The notes beneath the pieces were generated by a model that ran no database searches, was not told the DNA's origin, and was given only the letters and a program-made list of their open reading frames with translations. This document shows positions 26,111 to 40,040 of a stretch of DNA of 64,000 nt, piece by piece. Both the position numbers and the translations under genes were made by a program. Origin of the DNA: Eledone cirrhosa (Eukaryota); assembly GCA_964016885.1 (NCBI GenBank), contig OZ024741.1, forward strand, positions 356,438,001 to 356,502,000. Reading direction: 5' to 3'. Numbering within the stretch: the stretch's first letter is position 1; each line of letters begins with the position of its first letter.

Positions 26111-26869
26111 AATTTAGCAAATACTTAAGTAATTGTTGAAATAGGAAGCTGTTTTTATTTGTTATTCGTTAGTCTTAAGAGAGCGATGAACACAACTAAT
26201 TAAATCTCTTTGGAAAGAGGAGTTGATAACTGACATAACATAATGCGATAAGTATTCAATTTGAAATATTCCTGACTCTTCGACAAGAAATGAGTTATAA
26301 TATTCATCATCATAGTTTAACGTTTATCTTTCCATTCTTACATGGGTTGTCACGTTATAAGAGCAGGTGACCACGTATTGCTCATACAGATCTGTATTTT
26401 GGCTAGGTCTCTATAGCTGGATACCCTTCTCAACCACATTACAGTGTGGATTGGGTGCGTATAAAAAAAAACGACCATCTAACAGGCTGGGCTAAGTTCT
26501 TTTTCAGCACGATCACCTACAGCAAGGTTTCCCAAACTTTTTTCAAACGCGGATCCCTTTTTGGTTCAGAAACTTTTGGGAGAACCCCAAAGTCTAATAT
26601 TGTTATTTGGTCGTAATATAAATATACTCCACTACTTTTTTTCACAAGCACGACCACCTAACAGAGTGGACTGGGTGCTTTTTTCTCGTGTCACCAGCAC
26701 AACCACTTTACACGGTAGACTATGTGCTATTTTTATCATCACCAGCACAACTGATAAATTGTAGGGCAGAATTTCAGCTTCCCACCCCAATAACTTTTAA
26801 TGTTTTATTTATTTTATTTTTTACCGTTGGATATTTATTTAGAAAAAGAACTAGTTGACAAGGGGATGA

Positions 26870-27720
26870 GAGGCAAACTTTAGAAGCTGCTAATCAGAAA
26901 CTCTGATTTCTTCTGAATGAACAAGATGCACAGTTATGACACCTTGTCTATTCATCCATTCTATATCATTATGCTTTTGACAAGACCACACTGTTGAAAC
27001 GAAGAATTCACAAATTCGGGAACATTATTCCAAGATTATAAACTGTTAACATCATAAATTTTGAACACTTCCATCTTGGAATATTACTGTTGAATGTGCA
27101 GGGAACAACTAGCTTTGAGTATCCTCTGACAGTGGATGAAGTTGTCTATATTACTTTCAAAGAAGCCACAGAACAATGTAATTTATATTAGCAATGACAA
27201 TAAATGAGTTAGATGTATGGCTGAAGCTTCTTCCTCTGAATATCCTTCTCATATCAGCCATATTTTTGCTTTCATATATTCAATAAATAACCCGCAAACT
27301 CTGTGCATCTCTCTAATCAGTTTGAAGACAAGATGATGGAATATTACATTTATCAAGGAGATTCTTGGGAAACAGAAAGACAAAAAATTCTTGGAAGTCA
27401 CTGAAAATACTTTGTACATGGTTTAAAGAGTTCATCACTAGGATTACTTGACCCTAGAATTATTGTACTTGATTACAATCATCCAAAGAAGATGAAGTTG
27501 AAGCAAGAGTTAGAAGCTTGAAATTTAGACAAGAAATATTCCAATGTATCATGAATGCCATTAACAATGACATAGCTGATCACAGATTCTTATGAACTAG
27601 GAGTATCTAGCAAAACATATTTGTACAATACTCTGATAAGCTACTTGAGGCTATTAGAGATAAACTGTTCTCCCATTTACAACCACAAAAATAGCAGCAG
27701 ATTTATTTGGTGGGCAAACA
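26870..27720 (+). pseudogene. Helitron RepHel remnant
   Basis: Disrupted peptides LLLNVQGTTSFEYPLTVDEVVYITFKEA and ..CMAEA..P.HI.HIFA, typical of the Rep-helicase linker. Confidence 0.65.
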
Positions 27721-28429
27721 GTAGAAAGTGGATTTAAACTACCCATTTCCTTCCTAGAAAATTCAACATCCTCCATGAATATTGCTTCTGAATCTAATTG
27801 TTCCAAACACCAACTTACTTATGAGAAAGTTATTTATATTACCAACTCCCTCAATTCTTGAATATTTTCAAAATTATTTGAAAATCAAAGGCAGTGTCTT
27901 TCATTAGAAATATGGTAGTGAATGGGTAAATAATGATTTCTACCCACCCAATGTCTTGGTGTTTCTGTTTGAAGCTACTGTTAAGTATTGCTGTGGTTTT
28001 CACTAACATACTATCGGTAACTATATTACTGGACTATGATAGTATAATTTAATAATCTGTACCTTACAATACAGAGTTACATAACCCTATTATAAAGTCT
28101 GTACATAGTAATACAGGGTTACCATAGCTCTATTTAATAGTCTGTACCTGGGTTACCATAGCTCTATTACAATGCTTGTATCTATTAATAGAAGACTACC
28201 ATAACTATTTAGTGTCCTTTACCAAGCAATACAGGGCAAACAGCTCTACTACATAGTCTATACCTAGTAATAGAAGGTTACCATAGCTCTACTTAATAGT
28301 CTAAACCTAATATTAGAAAGTTACCATAGAAGGTTTAATAGTCTGTACCTAGTAATACAGAGCTATTGAAAAGTGATGACTGTGTGCTGAAAATCTTGGA
28401 TGGGACAGTGTGCTGGTTGTTTCTGCAAA

Positions 28430-28760
28430 ATTGCAACCATGGGGATTCTTGAGCAAAATAAGATTAATGTAATGTTCATGTTCAACAGTCCCTAATTTCC
28501 GCCGTAGTATTCAAACCTTTTGCGCATCATTAACTTGAGCCATTTCAATGTTGATGATGTCTTTGTACTTTTTCAACCAACAATTGAATGTAACACCATT
28601 CACTTGATCAAATTGGAATCCACTGATTAAATTCAGATTGGCTTCTGTCTCTAGTGCTGGAATTTATTGCCAGTTGTTGAAGGTTCATCTTCTGTGTCAA
28701 TGTTTCGCTGTTGCTGGAGCAGGGCTCGCATTTGTTCAAAATTGATTGCCATTTTCAGTT
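28430..28760 (-). pseudogene. Ty3/Gypsy-type gag remnant
   Basis: Minus strand GFQFDQVNGVTFNCWLKKYKDIINIE..DAQKV*ILRRKLGTVEHEHYINLILLKNP. Confidence 0.65.
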
Positions 28761-28867
28761 CACCTATTGAAAGTGTGTCAGCTTGTCCAAACATTGTAGT
28801 GGACTGGTAGTTAACCTCAAAGACTTTAGAATGTAAGTATTTTTTATAGCTTTGAAACAAATAGCTA

Positions 28868-30027
28868 CTCTTGGGTCTTGAATACCCCCCCCCCCCAACC
28901 GCTTATTAAATTTTGCTAATCTATATCTAGTGAAATTTTATTTTAAGTGGTAGCATTCTTGTGACAATTAATTTTCTTTATACAATAAAAAAACATCATC
29001 ATCATCATCATTGTTTAACGTCCATTTTCCACGCTAGCATGGGTTAGACGGGAGTTGTCCAACTTGAGGCAAGGCTGGTCGGGTGACCGTGTCTCGCTCA
29101 TATAGGACTATCTGGCAGGTTTTCTACGGCTGGATGCCCTTCCTAACACCAACCACATTTACAGTGTGGAACTGGGAACTTTTTACACGGCCACATTACA
29201 CTGTGTTTTTTTGTCATGACACCTACACGATCTCGATCTCATTTTCTCGTGCTGTTGGTGGGAGTGGGAGGATAGGGTAGGGGTAGTGGATTGGGGTGTA
29301 TATTTGGTTAAGAGGTGCCTACTGACTGTAGGTTTCGCTTTGTACATAGGCAAGGCGGGTCTTCTGTATTACTGCGTAGCGCCAAAGATCTCGGTCCAGT
29401 GACATTGTCTTGGAGAGATGTAAGTGTGTGAGGTCGGAATTTATCAGATCATCCCAGGTTTTTCTGGGTCTACCTACCCCATAACTTCCATCAATTTTGA
29501 TCGCCCTACATTTTTTTATACAGCTGTCGTCTTTCATGTGCATCACGTGACCATACCAATGTAGTCTTCTCTTAAGTAAACAGCATCTGATCCCTCTTAT
29601 TCCTAATTTCTCACTTAGTTCATTTATGCTTTGCCGTTCACGTATATTACTATTACACATCCAACGGAGCATGCAAGCTTCATTCCTCTCCAGTCTACGC
29701 AGGTCCTCTGCATGTAATGCCCATGACTCACTGCCATGTAACATTGCTGTTCGTATACAGGCATCATTCAATCTGCCTTTACATGACAAAAAAAAATACA
29801 TTACAAGAAATCCCATATGTTATAAAATAAATAGGATGGGTTGGAGTCTCAATATGTAAACTAAATGACTAATTCTGGTTTTAAAAAAAATCAATGGAGA
29901 CAACCTAGAAAAATTACCGATTTTGCCCCCCCCCCCCGCATATTTCACCCCTCTGCTTATTCCAACTCCCCCACTTATTCCAATCCCCTACTCCTGGCTT
30001 ATTCCTCTATTATTTGGGACCTGAGAG
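28868..30027. mobile_element. Tc1/pogo-type MITE (TA TSD) containing an RTE insertion
   Basis: TA|CTCTTGGGTCTTGAATA ... TATTTGGGACCTGAGAG|TA imperfect TIRs. Confidence 0.65.
28995..29785 (-). mobile_element. 5'-truncated RTE family A copy
   Basis: ORF 29319-29816 C-terminus matches family A, with a (GAT)n tail at ~28995. Confidence 0.88.
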
Positions 30028-30284
30028 TACCTTCTGATTGATCAAAAATCATGTCAAATGTTCATTACCTTTCGAGGCAAAACTATTAGATATGTGTCAT
30101 TAAAAATAGGCTTTCCTAAAAAGGACTACCATCACTCTATTACATAATTTGTGCTTAGTAATACTGGACTACTATAGCTCTATTACATAGTCTGTACCTA
30201 GTAATGTAGGGCTACCATATCTCTATTCAATAGTCTGTACCTAGTGATACAGAGTTACCATAACTCTATTTAATAGTCTGTACA

Positions 30285-30620
30285 TGGCTTAGTGGTTAGA
30301 GCATTAGGCTTGCAATTGGAAGGTTGTGAGTTCAATTCTCAGACCAGGCTGATGTGTTGTGTCCTTGAACAAGACACTTTATTTCACATCATTCCAGTAT
30401 ACTCAGCTGTAGAAATGAGTTGCAACATCCCTGATGCCAAGATGTATCGGCCATTGCCTTTTCCTTGGACATCATTGGTGGCGTGGAGAGGGGAGGTTGG
30501 TATGCATAAGTGACTGCTGATCTTCCACTAACAACCTTGCCTGGACTTGTGCTTCGGAGGGAACGTTCTAGGTGCAAATCCCATGGTCATTCATGACCGA
30601 AGGCGGTCTTTACCCTTTCC
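30285..30620 (+). mobile_element. tRNA-derived SINE
   Basis: GGCTTAGTGGTTAGAGC (A box), GAGTTCAATTC (B box) and GTGTCCTTGAACAAGACACTT core. Confidence 0.7.
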
Positions 30621-30943
30621 CTAGTAATACAGGGTTGCCATAACTCAACTCTATTTAGTAGCCTGTACCTAGTAACACAGATTTATCATAGGTCTATTAT
30701 ATAGTTTGTACCTAGTAATAATGGGTTATCATAGGTCTATTACATAGTTTGTACCTTGTAATACAGAGCTGCCATAGCTGTATTACAATGTCTGTGCATA
30801 GTAATACAGGGCTGCCATAGCTCTAATTAGTAGTGTGTACCTAGTAATAAAGGACAAACATAGCTTTATTACAATGTGTGTACCTAGTTGTAATACAGAA
30901 TTACCATAGCATTATTTAATAGTCTGTAATACACGGTTACCAT

Positions 30944-31224
30944 CAGAAGCATAACTAGGGTATGGCAAGCATGGCACGTGTCATGGGCGCCACTTGGACT
31001 CGGAGCACGTTCTATTAAAATCAAATATGCCTCGTTGGAGAGTGAAAAAGAAACTCCTTCAGATATATGATCTGTCTCTGATTATCATGGGTGAGAACAC
31101 TATGGTGGCTGGATCATTAAACGATTTGTATAAATTATTAGGCCCATAGGTAAAAATACAGTGTTGGGTAGGGGCGCAATTTCACTGCTTCCCATAGGCG
31201 CTATTTTCCCTAGTTATGCCTCTG
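30944..31224. mobile_element. hAT MITE with perfect 8-bp TSD
   Basis: TIR CAGAAGCATAACTAGGG / CCCTAGTTATGCCTCTG (16/17 match). TSD GTTACCAT at 30936-30943 and 31225-31232. Confidence 0.9.
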
Positions 31225-33112
31225 GTTACCATAGGTCTATTACATTTCCAGTAACCCTGTTCCTTCTGTGACCCACCCCCACATACATACAAGGTTTATG
31301 TATAAATAAACAGTGAGGATTTGAGTGTGATAAATTGTAGATGTTTCACTGCATTTCTGATGTGTATACAGTGTTTGTAAGAAGTATTAAATCTTAAAGT
31401 CCTCTACTGCATGAAACCACAGTAGCAAGGTTTTCATAAAAAGTACAAACAGCGCTATGACAGTATCACATTAAATATTAAAGTCCTTTGATTCTCGGCG
31501 GCACGTTTTGTTCTTGAACAAACTTTATTTCTTGTTGCTCCAGTCCACTCAGCTGACAAAAATGAGTTGTACATGTAGAGCAAAGGACCAGCCGTCTCAC
31601 ACACTGTGTAACACTGAATCTAACTATGTAAAAGGTACACGTGTCTGTAGAATGCTCAGCCACTTGCATGTTAATTTCACAAGCAGGCAGTTCCATTGAT
31701 CAGATCAACTGGGACACTCAACATCGTAACCAACAGAGTGCCTCCATTAAAGTCCTATTTTAGTTTACTGCAATTTTCCACAATGATTTGTCTACCAGTA
31801 AAGACATTACAAACATTTGAATTAACAAACCTGTTTGTAGGTATTTTCTGCTAAATCAGGAGGCTAAGAGTTTTATAATATAATTAAGCCTGGAATCATA
31901 ATTATACAAACAAAAATAATTTCTTTTATGATGGCTGATGCTTTGTACAATGCGTGGGAGGGATAATGCATATGTTTATGTATTCCGATGAATGCACTTA
32001 TATTGTGTGAAAGATGAGAGAGAGGAAGGGAGAGTATGTGGATGTTATAAAATAAAGGTTATAAAGAAACAACATGTTTTGTGGCTATTTTCCATATAAA
32101 AAAAAATTAGATACTCACAGAAGAAAGTAAAACGAAATTAATTTATGAAAATATTATAAAATGTATAAAAAGATGAGATATTAATCCAGTGTAATTACTG
32201 CTGCATTAACAAAAAAAAAGATGATTGTTCTAGATATTAATTAATAACATTGTATTTGATTGCATAATATAAATTTAAATGTATTTCCTTCAGGCAAACA
32301 TTAGTTAATACATAAAATATACATTGACCTGTGTCATTGAGCAAAATGTTTGACCTTATTGTATCAAGTCAACAAACAACTTTTCAACTCCTAGTTAAAG
32401 ACAGTTTACATATGCTATAAATGGTTTTGAGAAAGGCATGAACAATGCAATTTCCCAATTCCTCTCATGATCATCATCATCATTTAACATCCATTTTCCA
32501 CACTAGCATGGGTTAAACGAGTTGTCCCATTGTGGGACAAGTCAAATCAGGTGACCATATCATGCTCATATAGAACTAAAATAAAAGGTATTTCCTATAA
32601 TCAAATATAATAAATGTATTCATTTTTTTTTGGTTGCTTCATGGTCCTTGTGGACAGAATGATGAATGCTCTACCCTGGAGAATGCACTGAAGGAGCCAA
32701 TCCAACTCGTGTGTCTAGTTCTTGTGGATAGCCATCTCCATTCCTATTAGAGTAAGGAAAGTGCTTTTGAGACCCAGGGCATCCGATGTTCCCATCACTA
32801 TGGGTTCAACAAAAAACCTATCAGCTGGGGTCTGACACTGATTTCCCAGATATTTGAGTGTGTAGTTAAAAGAAAATAATTTTTATAAACTATATTGAAA
32901 ATATTTCTTTTTTCTTTTTCTTTTTTTTACTGCTTTGTCAGAGAGAGAAGTGCAGCACTTGTAGCCCCTACCTCTTTTCATCAGGGCCTCTGACAAATGG
33001 AATGAATATTTGCAACAGAGTGAATTCCACTAAAGACATTTAATATTGCCCATTTTAATACTACTACCTGACCCATGCGTGCCTTTGGCAAAGCCCACTA
33101 TGTTGCATGTAT

Positions 33113-33745
33113 TCAGATCAGGTCTCCAGTTCGAGGATGCTTTCTTCCGACAGTGATGGAGACCCTGAAAAGAATCATAGGCACTGCTCTCTCGTCTCTG
33201 ACTAAACAGTAAAATAGAAAAATGACCAGGTAGTGGTGTTAAGCCAAGTGATGGATAAAGTGCACTACTACATCTAATACAGTAAATAATTCAATATGAT
33301 ATTTGTTTGTGAACAGCTGATTAAATGGCTTTCATTTAGGGAGGTGGGGGACTGCCAGAAAAAGAGAGCAACTGATTATTATCAGTAAAAGTGTGGGAGT
33401 TTCTTCTTGCCTATTGGTCTTATTGTCATAATATATATTCATAAACATACATATATTTTCATGTCATTAACTGTTAGTATTTGTGAATATCTACAGCAAT
33501 AAAAAAAAAAAAAGGTATTTTTTTTTTCTAATTTACACGAATGAAGAGGAAAAAGAAATGAAAATTAGAAACCTCCAATAAGCCTTGAATCAGCATACAT
33601 TTTGCTTTTCCTGTAAAAGGAAACATAACATTTTATTTTCAATCCGTCATTTAATCGATCAGTAATGATCCTCAAAAACAACAGTAGTCAACTTTGAACT
33701 TACAAGAGGTACTGACCAATATTTCCATTTTTTGTTGTTTTTAGT
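33113..33745 (-). CDS. Tentative 3' micro-exons of an unidentified gene (33745-33704, 33610-33573, 33201-33113)
   Basis: Three AG/GT-bounded segments with pyrimidine tracts join in phase to ..LKTTKNGNIGQYLLKSKMYADSRLIGVRDERAVPMILFRVSITVGRKHPRTGDLI*. No homolog recognised. Confidence 0.3.
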
Positions 33746-34503
33746 CTAATAAAGAATCATTTTTTTTTTGTTATTTATAGATATATATTTTTCAATTTGT
33801 ATGATTTCTCTTCAGATTTGTTTCCTCATTCCTGCTTGCTTTGCTATCCTTTCTGTTCTGCTATTATTGCTGCTGCAATGCTTGCTGTTACTACCACTGC
33901 TACTGTTGTTGTTGCTGCTACTGTTACTGCCACTGCTGTTGTTACTGTTACTGTTGCTGCTGCTGCTGATGATGATGTTACTGATAATGACGACAAGAAT
34001 GGCTGGTATTGATTGATTGCATGTTGACCTATTTCATAAAGGGTTTTTTTTCTAATAAGGAGAATGAAAGATTCTAAGAAAGGAATAAGGAGGGCAATGT
34101 TCAGATGGATGCATTGTTGAAAACAAAAAAAAACAAGAAATAAAAAGGAAAAATATTCTGCCAATCCACCATCCTGACTAATCAAGTACTAATAATAATA
34201 ATAATAAGGCTACTAATAATAATAAAGGAAGATGAATTGTATATAAAATTTAAAAAATAGAAATGAATATGTAACTAAAGAATTTCCGATAGAGGATGAG
34301 TGAAGAATATGTAAAATATAATTATTGTAGTCAATAATTATTAAGAATGAATGAGAAAATTAAATTATGACTGAAAGACAAAAAAAATAGAAAGCTCATT
34401 CATTGATTTTGAAATTATGTCAGATCTAGTATAATTGCTTCCAAAATACATAATGGTAAGAACAACTTCATCAGACAGGATTTCAGAAGATATTGAGATA
34501 TTG

Positions 34504-34546
<43 letters not shown>

Positions 34547-34559
34547 TTCTTTTCAATGG

Positions 34560-35003
34560 GTGACAATACCTTACCGGCGCCACTCGAATAAGGTAATTAT
34601 TTAACCCATAAATGGGGCCCTAACAGGTACTACTACTCCGGGCCAGAGCAGACCTGGGAGTTATGACAACTAAGGGGTAACTCCACATTCCCCACAGTTC
34701 CTGAACTCCCGAACTGGAGCCTTGCCACTGGATGTAGTTTAATGTCATACCCAGCTCAAAAGTGACCCAGAGGAGACTGAGGTTAGCTAGACATGCTCAC
34801 CGACATCCAGAGTTGACACTGCACTCAGTGCTCCTGTGGGAGCCCCTGCATGGACACACTGGAAGAGGAAGACCAAGGTTAACATGTTGATGCCTTAAGG
34901 ACAGACACTGGTCTGTTGGAGACGCAGGACATGGCAGCGATAATGAGGGACAGAGACCGCTGGAGAGAACTCGTCCATGGATCTCGGGAATTTTACCCGC
35001 CCT

Positions 35004-35005
<2 letters not shown>
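34560..35005. mobile_element. SINE-like repeat (-) fused to the 3' end of another RTE family (+)
   Basis: 34755-35005 encodes remnants RLRL..HAHRHPEL..WEPLHG..RGRPR..DTGL..DRDRWR, all set in (TA)n. Confidence 0.6.
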
Positions 35006-35043
<38 letters not shown>

Positions 35044-35298
35044 CATATTTAAACAAAATAAAACAAAGAAAAGAAATTTAAACAAAACAACACACTGTTT
35101 AACTTAAACATACATTTCTGTCTAGTTTTGTTTATATATTAAACAAATATTTATATAAATACATATGTACACACATCTATCAATCTCACTCTCTCCCCTC
35201 CCCCTCTCTCTCCATATATATATATACACCCACATATACATACGCATACATACATGCACATATACATCATCATCATCCTCATGTCACACACATATATA

Positions 35299-35330
<32 letters not shown>

Positions 35331-35334
35331 GAGT

Positions 35335-35770
35335 GGGGAGACCCAAGATGACTTGGGATGAGGTGATAAAAGCCGACCTTACCCAACTACACCTCTCAAA
35401 GTCAATGACACACGACCGTGACTTCTGGCGTCACGCAGTAATACAGGGTACCCGACCTCCCATGGGTACATGCTGAAGCATATAAACAATATGCCCCCCC
35501 CCCCCCCCACCGCAAGGTGGTCGTGGAGGTGCCACGGCAAAAAAGCACCCAGCCCACACTGTAAAGTGGACGTGTAGGCGCCACGAAAAAGCACCCAGCA
35601 CTCACTGTAAATGAGGTTGGTGTTAGGAAGGGCATCCAGCTGTAGAAATCAAGCCAGATCAGTTCCTGTATGAGCAAGGCATGGTCAGCCGACCAGACAC
35701 TGCCCACAACAGGACAACCCGTCTAACCCATGCTAGCGTGGAAGAACGGACGTAAAACGGTGATGATGAT
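35335..35770 (+). mobile_element. RTE family B 3' end/3'UTR
   Basis: Near-identical to 52240-52645 and 53878-54276, with internal ~40-bp repeats and a (GAT)n tail. Confidence 0.85.
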
Positions 35771-35839
35771 ATATATATATATATATATGCATATATATAT
35801 ATATATGTGTGTACCTGTATGTAGGTATATATCTGTGTG

Positions 35840-35877
<38 letters not shown>

Positions 35878-36289
35878 GATATATACCTATGGCCATACTC
35901 GATAATGAGGGGGCAGCCATCATATATATGTATATATATGTATATATATCAGGAACTGCATTTTTTACAATTGCTGTTCCTAACAACACAAGTTAGCTTT
36001 CTCTCCATCCTTTCTATGATTCAGTCATCAATATCTGTCTCTTCCTCCCTACTACTACTACTACTAACACTCTTTCCTGCTGCAGTAGAGACAGCAGCAG
36101 CAGTAGTGGTAGCACCAGCAGCAGCAGCAACATTAGCAGTAGTGGTAGCATTAGCAGCAGTAACAATAGTAGCAACAGCAGCAGCAGTAAAAAGGATGTC
36201 AAACGAATAGATAGTTACTTGCACACTCTTCTGGTGTTGTTTTGGTGCATATATGCATGTAGTAACACACGCATGCAAATACATATGTC

Positions 36290-37514
36290 CTGACCTACAC
36301 ACACCGACATACGTGCACCCTTACACACACACTGTCTCTACCTTACACACATACACTGTCTCTCCCTGACATACACTGTATCACCCTTACACACACACAC
36401 ACTGTCTGACCCTTACACACACACACACTATCTCTCTCTTACACACACACTGTCTCACCCTTACACACACTATCTCTCCCTTACACACACACACACTGTC
36501 TCTCCCTTACACACACACACTGTCTCACCCTTACACACACACACTGTCTTCCTTACACACATACACTGTCTCACCCTTACATACACTGTCTCACACTTAC
36601 ACATGTACACACATATGATAAAGAAACAACAGCAGCCTTAGCAGCAACTGCAAGTTAAAAAAAATCAACGAATATTAAAAAGAAAGCCCCAATAAATAAA
36701 ACTACAGCATCAAAGGAGGGAGTGTCCTCCCACTAGAACAACAACAGCATCAAGTAGGTGTAGTACCTCTCACCTACACCGCACTATCATCACAACAACA
36801 GCATTAAGCAGATGAAGTAGCTACCACCTACACATACTACTACTAACAACAACAGCAGCAACAACAATAACAACAGTAGCAGCATCAGTAGATGAAGTAA
36901 CTATCACCTACACCTTTTTCTAACATTACCACAACAATAAAAGCAATAACAACAACATCAAGCAGTTGAAGGACCAACCACCTATACATACTACAATGCC
37001 AACAACAACAATAACAACAACAACTGACAGCAATTTAAGCCATGAGCAGGTGAAAGTAGCATCAGTTAAAATACAGTAATCAGTGATTATTATTATTTAT
37101 GTTCAGATGTGATACCTGGATGAGACCAAAAGGTGTTTGTTACATCTGAAGGAAACACACCAGGGAAACATTTTCATCACCTGTTATATAGATATAACTT
37201 ACATTATTTTTTTAATTTGATAATTTTTTTTTCCGATTTTCTATCTATATATATTTTTAATCATCAGGAGTCAATAGGTGGTGCTGCTGCTGCTACTACT
37301 TCTACTACTACTACCATCATCACCACCATCAACACTACTACAATCACCACCACTGCTATCACCAGTACTACTACTACTACTACTACCACCTTCATCACCA
37401 CCATCACCACCACTACTACTACAATCACCACCACTACTATCACTACCATTACTACTACTACTACTACCACCACCACCATCATCACCACTACTACAATCAC
37501 CACACCACTACCAT

Positions 37515-37592
<78 letters not shown>

Positions 37593-37720
37593 CACCACCA
37601 CTATTACTACTACTCCTACCAACACCACTACTACTACTACTCCTACCACCACCACTACTACAACTCCCACTCTACTACAATTTCTATTACTTCCATAACC
37701 ACCGCTACTATTACTGCTAT
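36290..37720. repeat. Mini/microsatellite block (CCCTTACACACACACTGTCTC units, CAA-rich units, (ACT/ACC)n)
   Basis: Directly visible tandem units. Confidence 0.9.
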
Positions 37721-38019
37721 CAGTTAAAGTGAATAATAGCATTACAGATATGGGTAGATGCTTTTTTTAAAGCATAATTCTATTTAATTTCCTTTCATTA
37801 CAATGGAATATACCAAAGAAAACTGTTGATAAAGAGGGAGGTAAGTGACCTTTCTATGTTTCTTTCATCTTTCATTTATTTATCATAATCTTTCTTTTTC
37901 CTGTGGTCTTTCTTTCTTGCTTGTACTTTTTTTTATATTTTCTCTTCAATACATATAATTATTATTATCCCTACTAACATCCCTCTTCTTCTTCTTCTTC
38001 TTCTTCTTCTTCTTCTTCA

Positions 38020-38031
38020 TATATATGTATG

Positions 38032-38063
<32 letters not shown>

Positions 38064-38479
38064 CATATATATATACATACATATATATATATATGTGTGT
38101 ATATATATATATGTATATCTCTATATATATATATGTGTATATATATATATGTATATATACATATATATATATAAATGTATATATATATGTATATATATAA
38201 ATGTATATATATATGTATATATATATATATATATATATGTATTTGTGGAGGCGCGTGGCTGAGTGGTTAGAGAATTGGATTCACAATCGTGAGGTCGTGA
38301 GTTCGATTCCCGGACCAGGCGATGCGTTATGTCCTTGAGCAAGACACTTTATTTCACGTTGCTCCTTCTACCTGGAGTTATGACCGATAGATAGTATTAG
38401 CAATTGGAAAGACCAATGGAGACATTGTTTCCTCGGTCCGATTTGATGAAAGTCGATCGACTGTTGATATATATATATG

Positions 38480-38531
<52 letters not shown>

Positions 38532-38610
38532 AATGTATATATATATATGTATATATGTATATATATAATATATAAATGTATATATATATATATATGTATA
38601 TATATAAATG

Positions 38611-38643
<33 letters not shown>

Positions 38644-38857
38644 GTATATATATAAATGTATATATATGTATATGTATATATATATGTATATATATGTATA
38701 TATATATATATGTATATATCATCATCTCATCATCTTCGTTTAACGTCCATTTTCCACGCTACCATGGGTTATGTATATATATATATATGTATATATATAC
38801 ATGTATATATATATACATAACCCATGCTAGCGTGTAAAATGGATGATGAGATGATGA

Positions 38858-38893
<36 letters not shown>

Positions 38894-38942
38894 ATATATA
38901 TATTTGTATATATATATGTATATATATATGTATATACATATG

Positions 38943-38975
<33 letters not shown>

Positions 38976-39028
38976 GTATATATATATATGTATATATATG
39001 TATATATATACATATGTATATATATATG

Positions 39029-39059
<31 letters not shown>

Positions 39060-39114
39060 GTGTATATATATATGTATATATATATGTATATATATATATG
39101 TATATATATATGTG

Positions 39115-39145
<31 letters not shown>

Positions 39146-39176
39146 GTATATATATATATGTATATATATATATATG

Positions 39177-39243
<67 letters not shown>

Positions 39244-39262
39244 GTCTATATATATGTCTATA

Positions 39263-39321
<59 letters not shown>

Positions 39322-39612
39322 GTATATGGTTCGTTATGGTCCACCTGGTTCCTTACCACACTTCCTTCATTATATATATATATGTATATATATATATAGA
39401 AATGATGTCTACAAGACTAGAACTGTTTCATTCATTTGAAATCAGTATCATTTGAAATAGTATTATTATCATCATCATCATCACCATTACCTCTTACTAC
39501 ATCATTTTGGGGAGTGGAGTCATTGATTAAAAAGGCTATTTATGAAGTAGGATGTTTAAGAAAAAAATTATAATATTGTATTGCATATATATATGTGTAT
39601 ATATATACATAC

Positions 39613-39693
<81 letters not shown>

Positions 39694-39699
39694 CATGTA

Positions 39700-39744
<45 letters not shown>

Positions 39745-39758
39745 CATACATGTATATA

Positions 39759-39796
<38 letters not shown>

Positions 39797-39974
39797 TTGC
39801 GAGGTGATTTTACTGAATAAAATAAAGTACCCTCGCTATTTGATGTATTGATTACCTTGCTTTAATTGTGTTTCCCTTCAGCTCTTGAGTAGAAGGCCTT
39901 TCAATTGTGTGTATATATATATATACGTACATATACACCCACCCACACATACTCCCCTAATATATATGTATATA

Positions 39975-40040
<66 letters not shown>
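38020..40040. repeat. Extended (TA)n/(TATG)n microsatellite field
   Basis: Directly visible. Explains the YI-rich ORFs. Confidence 0.95.
38246..38466 (+). mobile_element. tRNA-derived SINE (second copy at 42187-42400)
   Basis: TGGCTGAGTGG A box, GAGTTCGATTCC B box and TGTCCTTGAGCAAGACACTT core. Two highly similar copies, both inside microsatellites. Confidence 0.8.

Larger units (their letters stand above)
28050..31245. repeat. ~40-bp minisatellite (CTAGTAATACAGGGTTACCATAGCTCTATTTAATAGTCTGTAC-like) broken by nested insertions
   Basis: Units at 28050-28370, 30120-30285, 30620-30943 and 31225-31245. Confidence 0.8.

Noticed and set aside
28050-31245. CRISPR-like appearance of regularly spaced repeats
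   Set aside because: Contiguous degenerate units without unique spacers, no cas genes, and a eukaryotic context.
37133-37742. Poly-Thr/Leu/Tyr/Val ORFs resembling a mucin (also 33768-34185, 35809-36302, 43674-44034)
   Set aside because: Trinucleotide microsatellites open in several frames, with no supporting exon structure.
38246-38325. tRNA gene calls for SINE heads (also 30285, 42187, 54660)
   Set aside because: A/B boxes are present but there is no intact cloverleaf, and each continues into a repeated SINE body.
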